A stretch of DNA of 62,508 nucleotides from Candidatus Eiseniibacteriota bacterium (GTDB lineage Bacteria; Eisenbacteria; RBG-16-71-46; CAZEPH01), in assembly GCA_044229145.1 (NCBI GenBank), contig JBGATO010000018.1, positions 1 to 62,508 of the forward strand. Direction: 5' to 3'. Positions 51,057-61,268 of the stretch are shown one piece after another. Position numbers and translations under genes: made by a program. Position 1 is the first letter of the stretch, and each line of letters starts with the position of its first letter. Under the pieces are notes generated by a model. The model saw only the letters and a program-made list of their open reading frames with translations. It did no database searches and was not told where the DNA came from.

Positions 51057-53369
51057 CTAGATCCCGATGTCGGCGCGGAACACCACGTCACGTCCGGGCG
51101 ACAACGCGAACTGCTTGTAGCGGCTGAGGAAGTCCTTGTACGCGGTGTCGGCAAGGTTGCGCACGCGAATGCTGAATTCGGTGTCCCGCCCAAACATCTC
51201 GCGTTCCGCCACGAGCGCCGCGTGGAACAACGTGTACCCGTCGGTCTGCAAGTCGAACGCGTTGAGGTGTGTTTGCTGCGCCACCACTTCGCTTTCGCCG
51301 CGCAGCCGGAGGTGGCGGAAGCCAAGGCAGCCCCCGTGTTGCCATTCGGCGGACAGCACGCCGCGCGGTGCCGGCGTCAGCGGCAGGTTCACGCCGGAGG
51401 TGCTGCGGGCCCGCACCAGATCGACCCGGCCGCCCAGTGTGAGTGCCGGCAGGACGCGCACGTCGAGCGCCGCGTCGACTCCCTTGAGTGTCGCGTCGGT
51501 CTGCGCGTGCCGGTACTCCGGCAAGGTTTCGCTGCCCACCGTGTGCGTGGCGCCGGTCGGTTGCAGATAGATGTAGTCGTCGACACGATTGCGATAGATC
51601 GAGACCTCGCCGCGCGCCGACGCGGTGCTCCACCGCACCCCCGCATCGATATTGGTGCTGACCTCTTCGTGCAGCGATGCCCGGCCGATCTCGTAGCGGG
51701 CGTCGGCGATGACCGGGCCGTCGCTGAACAACTCGAACAGCGTCGGCGCGCGCCAGGCGCGGCCGGCGTTCGCGGCGATCGACACCGTGGGCAGCGGCTG
51801 GAACACCACGCCGAGGTTGCCGGTGGCTCGCGTCCACGTTCGCGACGTATCGGCGGCGAGCACATCGCCGGTGGCAGTGCCCTCCACCGTGCGGCTCTCG
51901 CCCCGCATGCCGGCGAGTACGCTCCAACGACCCTGCGTGTACTGTTCGAAGGCGAACACGCCGGCCGACTGCACGGTGGCGTCCGGGATGTACCAGATCG
52001 GGCCCTTCGAGTCGTTGGTTTGCCGTACGCCATTCACGCCGAGCGTGCCGTGCAACCGTTCCCACGCGGTGTGGTGCGCGAGCACGTCCACCGACAGCGT
52101 GTTGAGCAGCAGGTCGAACGCGGTGGTTTCGGTCGCCGTCGGCGCGTCGCCGCCGTCGTGACCGAACGCCGGCGTCGTGGGTTGGACGATCGCCGCGTCG
52201 TCGCTCACCTCGATGAGAGAGTGACGCTGCCATTGCACCTTGGTCTCGAGACGCCAGTCGCCCTCGGGCGACAGGATGCCCGTGAACTGCACACGCTCGT
52301 CATCGGCCTTGCGCACCGGCCCTTCTTCCTCGCCTTCCATGGTTCCGGGCGGCGGGCCGTTGGCCTCGAGCAAGCGGAACTCGCCCCCGTAGTGCGCGAA
52401 CCGCAGCGTGGCGCTGCCGTGGTCGCCGTGGATGCCGATCGCGGCGTCGCCGTTCGCGGCGAAGAATCCGGTGTTCTCCAATTCGCCGGCCGGTGTGTGC
52501 AATGCCTCGGACTTGCGGCCGACGCCATTGATGCGCCAACCCCAGTCGCCGCTCGCACCGGCGGCGCGCACCGTGCCACCGAATTCGTGGTTGTTCAGGG
52601 CGAAATAGGCGCCGCCGCCGAGGCGCGAGAACTTCGCCGCGCCTTCCGCGTTCGGCAGCTCGGCGGGGATCACGTTGATGACGCCGCCGAGCGCATCGCT
52701 GCCGTACAGCACCGAGGCCGGGCCGCGAATGACCTCGATGCGTTCCGCGCTCGACGGATCGATCGCGGGGCCGTCCTCGTCGCTCCAGCTGTAGTCTTCC
52801 ATGCGGTGGCCGTTGTCCATGACCAGCACGCGCGAGCCGGTGAGGCCGCGGATCACTGGCTTGCCGATTTCGCCCCCGGTGCTCAGCGTGCGGACGCCCG
52901 GCACCTGATCGACGACGTGCGCGAGCGACACGCTGTGCTCGCCCTTGACCGCGGCGCCGGACAACGCGGCGGTCGGCAGTGGCGAACGCAACGGGCTGAT
53001 CGGCGAGCGCGCCGCCGTGACGTTGACCGGCTCTTGCACGAACGGCGTTGCCGTGAGGTCGAGCGTGAGATCGACATCGCCCGTGAGCTTCACGTCGCGT
53101 GTGACCGTCGCGTAGCCGGCGTGATAGACGACCAACGTGTAGTCGCCGGCCGGCACGTCCTTCAGCGTGAACGCACCGTCGGCGCCGCTGTAGGTTTCGC
53201 GCTGCAATTCGGTGATGACGATTTCGGCATTCGACAGCGGCTTGCCGGCGGCGTCGCGCACCGTGCCGTGCACGGCGAACCCGGCGGCGAAAGAGGAAAC
53301 GGCGCACAGCAGCAACCCGAGGGCCGCCCCCGCGCAGACGCGCGGCAGCGCGCCGAGGAGACTACGCAT
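51057..53369 (-). CDS. TonB-dependent receptor with N-terminal carboxypeptidase-regulatory-like domain
   Basis: Signal peptide; KPVIRGL, IEVIRGPASVLYGSDALGGVINV plug motif; RAPTLFEL; NLAD..Y...PGR. Confidence 0.92.
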   Translation of the reverse strand: MRSLLGALPRVCAGAALGLLLCAVSSFAAGFAVHGTVRDAAGKPLSNAEIVITELQRETYSGADGAFTLKDVPAGDYTLVVYHAGYATVTRDVKLTGDVDLTLDLTATPFVQEPVNVTAARSPISPLRSPLPTAALSGAAVKGEHSVSLAHVVDQVPGVRTLSTGGEIGKPVIRGLTGSRVLVMDNGHRMEDYSWSDEDGPAIDPSSAERIEVIRGPASVLYGSDALGGVINVIPAELPNAEGAAKFSRLGGGAYFALNNHEFGGTVRAAGASGDWGWRINGVGRKSEALHTPAGELENTGFFAANGDAAIGIHGDHGSATLRFAHYGGEFRLLEANGPPPGTMEGEEEGPVRKADDERVQFTGILSPEGDWRLETKVQWQRHSLIEVSDDAAIVQPTTPAFGHDGGDAPTATETTAFDLLLNTLSVDVLAHHTAWERLHGTLGVNGVRQTNDSKGPIWYIPDATVQSAGVFAFEQYTQGRWSVLAGMRGESRTVEGTATGDVLAADTSRTWTRATGNLGVVFQPLPTVSIAANAGRAWRAPTLFELFSDGPVIADARYEIGRASLHEEVSTNIDAGVRWSTASARGEVSIYRNRVDDYIYLQPTGATHTVGSETLPEYRHAQTDATLKGVDAALDVRVLPALTLGGRVDLVRARSTSGVNLPLTPAPRGVLSAEWQHGGCLGFRHLRLRGESEVVAQQTHLNAFDLQTDGYTLFHAALVAEREMFGRDTEFSIRVRNLADTAYKDFLSRYKQFALSPGRDVVFRADIGI

Positions 53370-53496
53370 CACGGAACCTCCGAGACATGCATCGGACACG
53401 CGAGGGGTGGGCTGGCATCATGCGGTGAAATCGCCCGGCAGGTCAGCGGGCCTTGGCGTGAATAGTGTGTTACAGACCGGCGCGCCCGCGGCGGCG

Positions 53497-54498
53497 CTAT
53501 ACGTGATTGCGGAGGGCCAGTTCCTTGGGATGCGGGTCGAGATAGACCTGGCCGGCGAGCCACTCCACCTTCAGCAGCCGCACGTAATGACGGATCAGCG
53601 TGACCGGCACGATGAGCGGCACCAAGCCGCTCCGGTAGTCGTCGATGACGCCGTTCAACTCGCGTCGTTGTTCGTCGTCGAGCTGCTTCTTGAAGAAGCC
53701 CGCCATGTGTTGTAGCACGTTGACGTGGCGCGTCACCGTGGCCGGCCGCGCGATGGCTTCCATGTACTCCTGCTGATAGCGCGCCGCCAGTTGCGCGCGC
53801 GGCGTCTGCTTGACGCCGCCGGCCACCAACTGTCCGAGCGCGCGATAGGCGTTCGGCGAGTGTGCGAGCAGCAGGTACTTTTCGCGCGCGTGCAGGTCGA
53901 CGAGGCCCTTCATCGTCCACGCGCCGCGGAAGAACTCGGTCAGGCGGCGGTAGGCGAACACGCGAATGATGAACGTTTCGCGCAGTCGCGCATCGCGCAA
54001 ACGGCCCTCCTCCTCGAGCGGCAGGAGCGGAAACGCCTCGCGCAGCGCGGCGGCGAACACTCCCATGCCGGCACGCTCGGGGACGCCATTCGCGTCGTAG
54101 CGCTTCACGCGCTCCATCCCGCACGACGGCGAATCTTTCTTGAGGATGTAGCCCGAGAGATCGAGTTGCGCGACGTCTTTCATGGCCCCGTGCGCCCACG
54201 TCGTCATGCGCTCGGTGATGTCGACGCGCGTCTTCGTCGTCACCATGCGCGTGCCGTCCGCGGCGCGCTCCAGGCGCACGGTTTCGCGCGGCGTGCCGAG
54301 GCCGATCGCCATCTCGGGACACAGTGGCACGAAGGACACTACGCGGCCGAGTCCCGCGGTGAGCAGCGTGTCGTGCTTGTGTCCACCGTCGAAGCGCACT
54401 TCCAGGCCGAGCAAGCACGACGACACACCGATGCGGATGTCCGGAGCGCCCGGAGCGGGAGGCGGTGTCATGTCGGATGCGGCGCGTCGCGTCGCCAT
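53497..54498 (-). CDS. DUF523/DUF1722 (YbgA-like) protein
   Basis: IGVSSCLLG..VRFDGGHK, CPE, KKDSPSCG, EEEGRL, HAREKYLLLAHS, YLDPHP.EL.LR. Confidence 0.9.
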   Translation of the reverse strand: MATRRAASDMTPPPAPGAPDIRIGVSSCLLGLEVRFDGGHKHDTLLTAGLGRVVSFVPLCPEMAIGLGTPRETVRLERAADGTRMVTTKTRVDITERMTTWAHGAMKDVAQLDLSGYILKKDSPSCGMERVKRYDANGVPERAGMGVFAAALREAFPLLPLEEEGRLRDARLRETFIIRVFAYRRLTEFFRGAWTMKGLVDLHAREKYLLLAHSPNAYRALGQLVAGGVKQTPRAQLAARYQQEYMEAIARPATVTRHVNVLQHMAGFFKKQLDDEQRRELNGVIDDYRSGLVPLIVPVTLIRHYVRLLKVEWLAGQVYLDPHPKELALRNHV

Positions 54499-54512
54499 GC
54501 AATCTCCTCGGG

Positions 54513-55925
54513 TCAGAACCCCATCGCCGGACCGTGCTCGCGGGCGATGGCTGCGATCCGTGCGATGTACGCCGCGGTGTCGAACTTGCGCTTCATACCA
54601 GCGGCGTTCATGTAGCGCACCGTGCCGAAGATCGGCCGCTCCGGCCACGGGCGATCGTGCCGTCCGCCGATCGCCCACGCAATGCCGGTGTAGCCGTTGG
54701 GATCGCGGCCGTCGAGTTCGTAGCGATCGTTGAGCCGCACCGCGATGTCGAAGGCTTCGGCGGCGTCCGGCGTCCACTCGAGGATCTTCTTCGCCCAGTA
54801 CATGCGCAGATAGTTGTGCATGTAGCCGGTGAGCAGCATCTCGCGCTGCGCCGCGTTCCACAGCGAATCGTGGGTGAGGGCGAACTCGAGTTGGTCGGCG
54901 GTGTAGAGCGCGGGACGTACGTCGCCGGCGTGGCGGGCGAGCGTGGCGCGGCCCCAGTCCGGCGTGCCGTCGTACGCGTCGTAGCGTGGATTGCGCGCGG
55001 CGAAATTGATTGCCAGCTCGCGACGCACGATCAGCTGTTCGAGGAAGGCATCGCGCGAGACGGCGGGCACGGCCGATTGCGTCACGCTCCACGCCGCGAG
55101 CCGCGGGCTCAGGTGCCCGAAGTGCAGATGAGCCGACAAACGGCTGGTGCCGGCCGCGTCTTCGGGATGATTGCGGGCCTCGTCGTAGCGGGCGAGGCTG
55201 CCGTGCGCGAAGTCGTCGAGGAGCGCGAGCGCTGCCTGCTCGCCCGCCCGCGGGCGCAGCGCCGGCGGCACCGGCGTGACGTCGGCCAGCGTGTGCCACG
55301 ATGCCAGTGTCGCCACGGGGTCGACCGGATCGCTCCACGGGCGCTCGGCGCACGGCACGAAGGCGCGCACCGGTTCGGGCGGGGCGACGAGGAATTCCGA
55401 CAGCGCCGCCTGGATCTTGGGCCGCAGCGTGCGCGCCGCGTACTCTTCCTTGTGGAAGCGCGCGGTGGGCACGACGACATCTGCGTCGACCGTGACCACC
55501 GCGACGCGCGCGGCGTCGGCCACCTGCCGGCGCCAGCGCTCGGCCTCGCGCAGCGGATTCTCGTCGCCGACGATGACCGCCGCGCCGATCTCCTGCGCGA
55601 GGTCGAGGACGCGGTGCCGCGGATAGGCACGGAACACGAATGCGGCGCCGCGCGCTTCGATGCCGCGCGCGAGTTCGGGCCACGCCTCGGCGAGAAATGT
55701 ATAGTGGCGGCGGTTGCCGCCCGGATAGAACGGCACCGGCCCGAGGAACACCACGACCGGCAGCCGCAGCGCGTTTCCCGCCGCGATCGCCCAGTCGAAC
55801 GCGGGATTGTCGGTGGCGCGTTGCGCCCGCTGCATCCAGTACAGGACGACGCGGCCGTGCGGATCGACCGGGAGCTGGTTGCGGCGCGTGACGCGCGGAT
55901 CGGCGAACAGCGTGTCGAGCGGCAT
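54513..55925 (-). CDS. class II CPD photolyase
   Basis: VLYWMQRAQR..DN, SRLSAHLHFG, MHNYLRMYWAKKILEW, DRYELDGRDPNG, HDRPW.ERPIFG.VRYM. Confidence 0.92.
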   Translation of the reverse strand: MPLDTLFADPRVTRRNQLPVDPHGRVVLYWMQRAQRATDNPAFDWAIAAGNALRLPVVVFLGPVPFYPGGNRRHYTFLAEAWPELARGIEARGAAFVFRAYPRHRVLDLAQEIGAAVIVGDENPLREAERWRRQVADAARVAVVTVDADVVVPTARFHKEEYAARTLRPKIQAALSEFLVAPPEPVRAFVPCAERPWSDPVDPVATLASWHTLADVTPVPPALRPRAGEQAALALLDDFAHGSLARYDEARNHPEDAAGTSRLSAHLHFGHLSPRLAAWSVTQSAVPAVSRDAFLEQLIVRRELAINFAARNPRYDAYDGTPDWGRATLARHAGDVRPALYTADQLEFALTHDSLWNAAQREMLLTGYMHNYLRMYWAKKILEWTPDAAEAFDIAVRLNDRYELDGRDPNGYTGIAWAIGGRHDRPWPERPIFGTVRYMNAAGMKRKFDTAAYIARIAAIAREHGPAMGF

Positions 55926-55985
55926 GTCACGAGAGGACGGGACGCGCGCGCGTCCGTCAAGGGCCGCCCGGGCAGAGGAGGACAC

Positions 55986-56909
55986 ATGGCGCACGAACGC
56001 ATCGTGGTGACCGGCGCCACGGGCTTCATCGGCGTCGCGCTGACACGGGCTCTGAGAGCGAGCGGACACCGGGTGGTGGCCCTGGTGCGTGACCCGGCGC
56101 GGGCCGCCGCGCGGCTCGGCGGCGAAATCGAGTGCGTCGCCTGGGACGGCGTGACGCCGCCCGCCGCTGCCGCGCTCGAGGGCGCGCTCGGTGTCGTGCA
56201 CTTGGCCGGCGAGCCGATCGCCGGCGCGCGGTGGACGCCGGCGCGCAAGGCCGCGATCGTGCGCAGCCGCACCGAATCGACCGGCGCCGTGGTCGCCGGG
56301 CTGGCGGCCTGTCACGAACGCCCGCCGGTGTTGGTCAGCGCCTCGGCGGTCGGCTATTACGGCTCGCGCGGCGACGATTGGCTCGTCGAGGACGCGTCAA
56401 CCGGCGACGACTTCTTGGCCCACGTGTGCCGTGGCTGGGAAAACGCCGCGCTCGGCGCCGCGCAGCTGGGCGTGCGCGTGGTGACGCCGCGTATCGGACT
56501 GGTGCTCGCCGACGGCGGTGGGGCGCTCGACAAGATGTTGAGGCCGGCGCGGCTGGGGCTCGGCGGTCCGTTGGGCTCCGGACGACAGTGGTGGTCGTGG
56601 ATTCATCGCGAGGATCTCGTCGCCCTGCTGATGCTCGCGCTGCACGACGTGTCCCTGCGCGGGCCGGTGAATGCGGTGGCGCCGGAGCCGGTGACCAACG
56701 CGGAGTTCGCGGCGACGCTCGGGTGCGTGCTCCGGCGGCCGGCGTTGCTGCCGGCGCCGGCGTTTGCGCTGCGGCTCGCGCTCGGCGAGATGGCCGACAT
56801 GCTGCTGGCTTCGCAGCGTGTGCGTCCGTCGCGCGCCGCGGCGAGCGGCTTCGCGTGGCAGTTCGGGACGCTGGAGCCGGCGTTGCGCGACCTGCTGGGG
56901 GTGCGGTGA
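55986..56909 (+). CDS. TIGR01777 family NAD-dependent epimerase/oxidoreductase (YfcH-like)
   Basis: TGATGFIG, HLAGEPI..RW, SASAVGYYG, GGPLGSGRQWWSWIH, GPVNAVAP. Confidence 0.92.
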   Translation: MAHERIVVTGATGFIGVALTRALRASGHRVVALVRDPARAAARLGGEIECVAWDGVTPPAAAALEGALGVVHLAGEPIAGARWTPARKAAIVRSRTESTGAVVAGLAACHERPPVLVSASAVGYYGSRGDDWLVEDASTGDDFLAHVCRGWENAALGAAQLGVRVVTPRIGLVLADGGGALDKMLRPARLGLGGPLGSGRQWWSWIHREDLVALLMLALHDVSLRGPVNAVAPEPVTNAEFAATLGCVLRRPALLPAPAFALRLALGEMADMLLASQRVRPSRAAASGFAWQFGTLEPALRDLLGVR

Positions 56910-57164
56910 CGCGTCACGATCGTCCTGCACTGCCCTACGATCGCGTCCTCGGCCTGGTGTCCGGGGGGGCAGCATCGCCCACCCTCCCGTCCCCCCTTGC
57001 GGTGTCCCTGCGGAGGAGACCGCTTCTCGACTGACTTCGCACGCCCGGACCCAAATCGGCAATTGACGGAGTCCGCCGATCGTAGGAAGTTTGATTTCGT
57101 AGTGGCCTGGCCGCCTCCGAAGTTATTACCTCCAATTCGCTGCGATCGAGGGAGGACCCCCCAC

Positions 57165-60100
57165 ATGCCATTCGTCTCGCGACTCTTCAGACATCTGCTC
57201 ACAGCGTGCACGCTACTTTCAGTATGTATTGCAGCGAACGTCCGTGCATCGTCGTCCGATGAAACCCCACGCGCCGACGAAAACCTCCGGGGTGCGATCA
57301 TCGCGGCCGGCGTGTCGTGCTACGAGGCGACGCGCACGTCCGGGTCGCTCACCCTCGACAACGCGACGCACCGGTTTCGCGCCGACTTCCATGCTGGCGG
57401 CGTCGTCGTGACGGCGAGGAGCGGGGATCCCGAGTGGCGATGGTCCTGGCGGACGATTGGCTACGGGAGGTCGTCGGAGCTCTCTCCTGTGTTGGCAACC
57501 CCGTGGATCGCGCTGGGACGCGTGGTGTCGAATGCCTCCACACAGTTCCTCGAATGGTACGAGAACCGCGGCGACGGACTCGAGCAAGGCTTCACCGTGG
57601 CGACGCCTCCACCCGGCAGTGGCCGCGTGCGGGTGGTCGGTCGCATCGCGACACAGGGGCTGCGTGCCCGAGAGTACGAAGACGGTCTCGCTTTCGTGGA
57701 CGATGCAGGCGGAGAGATCCTCCGCTATCGCAACCTCCAGGTTCGCGACGCGCAGGGGAGACTGTTGCCGGCGTCGGCATCCTACGACGACGGAGTCGTC
57801 ACACTCGCGTTCGACGACACCGGGGCGCACTACCCGGTGGTCGTCGATCCTGTCCTGAGTACTCCCGCCTGGACGGCGGAGAGCAATCAAGTGAGCGCCT
57901 ACTTCGGAACCTCGGTGTCCACGGCGGGAGACGTGAATGGCGACGGCTACTCGGATGTTCTGGTCGGCGCCGATTTCTTCGACAACGGCGAGTTCGATGA
58001 GGGGCGCGCGTTCCTCTACCTCGGATCGGCGTCCGGAGTTGCCGCCACGCCCGCTTGGACCGCAGAACCGAATCAGGCGGGTGCGAACTTCGGTGGCCCG
58101 CTGGCCTATGCGGGGGACGTGAATGGCGACGGATTCGGCGACGTCATCGTCGGTGCCCACGCGTACTCGAACGGGGAGAGTGGCGAGGGGGCGGCCTTCG
58201 TGTACTTGGGATCGCCCACGGGCCTCGGGGCCGCCCCGGCGTGGTCGGCGGAGGGCAACCAAGCCGGCGCGAGTTTCGGATATGGCGTGAGCGCGGCCGG
58301 AGACGTGAACGGCGATGGCTACGACGACGTCCTCGTCGGCGCTCCCAACTACGATGCCGGCCAAGCGGACGAAGGCCGCGCGTTCCTCTACCTCGGCTCT
58401 CCTGCCGGCCTAGCCGCCACGCCCGCGTGGACCGCCGAGGGCAATCAGGTCAATACCTACTTCGGCACGCGCGCGGGTCTCACGACGGCCGGGGACGTCA
58501 ACGGCGACGGTTTCGACGATGTCATCGTCGGCGCTCCCAACTTCGACAACACCCTCACGGACGAGGGCTATGCCTCCGTGTATCTCGGCTCCGCGGCAGG
58601 CTTGGCGGTTACCCCCGTGTGGACGGTCTACGGCAACTCCGCGGGAGCGCTGTTCGGGCAGGCGGTGAACGCCGCGGGCGATGTCAACGGCGATGGATTC
58701 GCCGACGTGATCGTCGGGGCTTTCAATCACAGCAACGGCCAAACCTGGGAAGGGCGTGCGTACGTGTTCTACGGCACGTCGACTGGGGTGAGCGGCACGC
58801 CGGCCTGGGTGACGGAAAGCAATCAAGCCAACGCCTTCTATGGGTTTCGCGTTTCGAGCGCCGGAGACGTCAATGGAGACGGCTTCGCGGACGTCATGGT
58901 GGGTGCCCCCTTGTTCGATGCGGGCCAGTCGGATGAAGGACGCGTCTTTCTCTACACGGGGAGCAGCGCGGGACTCACGGCGACTGCGACGTGGTCGACG
59001 GAGAGCAATCAGGCTGGGGCCGAAACGGGCTGGTGGCTCGGCACAGCAGGTGACGTCAACGGCGACGGATTCAGCGATGTCGTGATCGGAACCGTGTTCT
59101 ACAACGGTCCGGAGTTCGACGAAGGGCAGGCCAGTGTTTTCTATGGCTCGGGCGATCCGCCGGCGTCCGTTCCCTCCTGGATCGTCACCGGCACCTCGCT
59201 CAGTCAGGGACTCGGCAACCATGTGGCGTCCGCGGGAGACGTGAACGGAGACGGGTACAGCGATGTCCTTGTGGCGGACCTGGCCCTCCAAGTCGAACTC
59301 TTCCTCGGGTCGCCGGCCGGTCTCCCGGGTGCGCCCTCCTCGACCCTCGTGGGAACGCCGGGCAGCGGCTACGGAACGTCGTGCGCCGGTGCGGGGGATG
59401 TCAACGGCGACGGATACGACGACATCATCGTCGGGGCGCCGACTGCCGGGTCGGGTGGCGCGGCCTCCGTGTACCTGGGATCCCCCGCGGGGCTCTCTGC
59501 GACCGCGGCGTGGACCGTCACAGGAGCGGAGGCCGGCGGCAACCTCGGTGGGTGCGTGGCGGGCGCCGGGGACGTGAACGGCGACGGCTTCGCCGATGTC
59601 CTCGTCAGCGCGCCGCTGGCGCCCAACGGGCTGGGCGGCACCGGCCGCGTCTCGTTGTACTCCGGGTCGGCCGCGGGTCTGTCGGCCACGCCGACGTGGA
59701 TATCCGAGTGGAGTCAGTCGCCCAGCAACTACGGCGCTTGCGTGGCGAGCGCCGGCGACGTCAATCGAGATGGGTTCAGTGATGTGATCGTCGGTGTGCC
59801 GCGGGCGTCCGCCGATGCGGGAACCGTGTTGGTGTTCCATGGCTCGGTGGCCGGACTCTCGGCGACGCCCGCCACGAGTCTGCTCGCACCGTTGCCAGGC
59901 TGGTTCGGACAAGCGTGCGCCGGGGCGGGGGACCTCAATGGCGATGGCTACAGTGATGTCCTCGTAGGTGCCTACCAAGCGAGCAATGGCCAATCGCTCG
60001 AGGGTGCCGTCTTTGCGTATCTGGGTTCTGCGACTGGGCTCTCGACGTCGCCGGTCTGGACCTTGGAAGGCGGACTGGCGAACGCCGCACTCGGATTCGC

Positions 60101-61133
60101 CGTCGCGAGCGCGGGCGATGTCAACGGCGATGGACTCAGCGACGTACTCGTCGGCGCGCCGCAATGGACCAACGGACAGCCGCAAGAGGGACTGACGTAC
60201 GTGCATGCGGGAACGGCGTCGGGGGTGTCCGCGCTGGCTATCTCCGTCGTCGAGAGCAACAAGGCACAGGCGTTCTTCGGGACGGCCGTGGCGTCGGCGG
60301 GTGACGTCAACGGCGATGGCTTCGGGGACGTGCTTACCGGCGCGCCCGGGTACAACAACGGCATCCAGGCGCAAGGCCGAGCCTTCCTCGCGTACGGAGG
60401 CGGGGGAGACGGGCTCGAACGACCGCAGCAACAGCGACGGGTCTCCAACACCGCTCCCATCGCCTCGCTGGGCCGGTCCGACGATCCAACCGCGTTCCGC
60501 GTTCGCGTTCTGGCGCGAAGCGCCGCGGGACGCGCACGGGTGCGATTGGAGTGGGAGGAAGCGTTGCTGGGATCGGCTTTCCTCGGCGGTTCCGTCGCGC
60601 ACGGCACCTGGATCGACTCGGGTGCGCCCGCCGGCGGCGCTGGGAGCGCGGTCACGGTGGACGCGCTCGCGGGCTCGGAGATCCCTGGCGGCCTGCAGCC
60701 CTCCAGCCCGTATCATTGGCGCGCCCGGGTTGCAAGCCGCTCACCCCTCTTCCCGCACACGCCGTGGTTGACGCCCTCGTCCAACGCCGCGTCGGAGGCC
60801 GACGTGCGGACGGCAGCCCCGGTCGCCGCGCCTCCCCCCATTCGCGGGGGCGACGACGCGACGTGGATCGCGGTCGCGGACCGGTTCCACGCCGAGGGTC
60901 AGCTCGAGGTGGCGTTCTCGGTGGCACGAACGGGATCGACCAGGGTGGGACTGTTCGATGCATCCGGGAGATGTCTTGCGCTCCTGGTCGACCAGGTCGT
61001 GACGGCAGGTACCCACACGGTCCGCTGGTCCTGGCGTGACGGCGAGCGGGCGGCGGTGTCCGCGGGCATTTTCTGGTTGCGCTTGGCGTCTGGCGAAGCC
61101 TCGGCGTCGACGAAGGTGGTCTTCGCGCCATGA
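57165..61133 (+). CDS. secreted FG-GAP (integrin-alpha-like) repeat protein with C-terminal FlgD/T9SS-like domain
   Basis: GGAGG RBS; signal peptide; EWY.N..GLEQGF...YPVVVDP N-terminal domain; 14 GD(V/L)N(G/R)DG..D repeats; AGIFWLRL C-terminus. Confidence 0.88.
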   Translation: MPFVSRLFRHLLTACTLLSVCIAANVRASSSDETPRADENLRGAIIAAGVSCYEATRTSGSLTLDNATHRFRADFHAGGVVVTARSGDPEWRWSWRTIGYGRSSELSPVLATPWIALGRVVSNASTQFLEWYENRGDGLEQGFTVATPPPGSGRVRVVGRIATQGLRAREYEDGLAFVDDAGGEILRYRNLQVRDAQGRLLPASASYDDGVVTLAFDDTGAHYPVVVDPVLSTPAWTAESNQVSAYFGTSVSTAGDVNGDGYSDVLVGADFFDNGEFDEGRAFLYLGSASGVAATPAWTAEPNQAGANFGGPLAYAGDVNGDGFGDVIVGAHAYSNGESGEGAAFVYLGSPTGLGAAPAWSAEGNQAGASFGYGVSAAGDVNGDGYDDVLVGAPNYDAGQADEGRAFLYLGSPAGLAATPAWTAEGNQVNTYFGTRAGLTTAGDVNGDGFDDVIVGAPNFDNTLTDEGYASVYLGSAAGLAVTPVWTVYGNSAGALFGQAVNAAGDVNGDGFADVIVGAFNHSNGQTWEGRAYVFYGTSTGVSGTPAWVTESNQANAFYGFRVSSAGDVNGDGFADVMVGAPLFDAGQSDEGRVFLYTGSSAGLTATATWSTESNQAGAETGWWLGTAGDVNGDGFSDVVIGTVFYNGPEFDEGQASVFYGSGDPPASVPSWIVTGTSLSQGLGNHVASAGDVNGDGYSDVLVADLALQVELFLGSPAGLPGAPSSTLVGTPGSGYGTSCAGAGDVNGDGYDDIIVGAPTAGSGGAASVYLGSPAGLSATAAWTVTGAEAGGNLGGCVAGAGDVNGDGFADVLVSAPLAPNGLGGTGRVSLYSGSAAGLSATPTWISEWSQSPSNYGACVASAGDVNRDGFSDVIVGVPRASADAGTVLVFHGSVAGLSATPATSLLAPLPGWFGQACAGAGDLNGDGYSDVLVGAYQASNGQSLEGAVFAYLGSATGLSTSPVWTLEGGLANAALGFAVASAGDVNGDGLSDVLVGAPQWTNGQPQEGLTYVHAGTASGVSALAISVVESNKAQAFFGTAVASAGDVNGDGFGDVLTGAPGYNNGIQAQGRAFLAYGGGGDGLERPQQQRRVSNTAPIASLGRSDDPTAFRVRVLARSAAGRARVRLEWEEALLGSAFLGGSVAHGTWIDSGAPAGGAGSAVTVDALAGSEIPGGLQPSSPYHWRARVASRSPLFPHTPWLTPSSNAASEADVRTAAPVAAPPPIRGGDDATWIAVADRFHAEGQLEVAFSVARTGSTRVGLFDASGRCLALLVDQVVTAGTHTVRWSWRDGERAAVSAGIFWLRLASGEASASTKVVFAP
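57925..60335 (+). repeat. 14 degenerate intragenic FG-GAP repeats
   Basis: Recurrent GG(N)GA(C/T)GT(C/G)AA(C/T)GG(C/A)GA(C/T)GG-type core at roughly 165-190 nt spacing. Confidence 0.85.
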
Positions 61134-61268
61134 GCGGTCCGCAGACACGTCCGTGATCGCATCGCGCAGTGTTGCGCAGGTGGAGCCGGGCGCGCTCCAC
61201 CTGCGCAGCGAGCCGTGAGCAGGACGCGGTCTGGACGATTCGTGACGTGCACATCCCGTCATGAGAGA

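Noticed and set aside
53373..53496. Cobalamin riboswitch or Fur/NikR box before the TonB receptor
   Set aside because: The spacer is short, with no B12-box and no convincing palindrome.
57925..60335. Regularly spaced repeats suggesting a CRISPR array
   Set aside because: The repeats are degenerate at third codon positions, spaced about 180 nt apart and in frame, so they are protein FG-GAP repeats; no cas genes are present.
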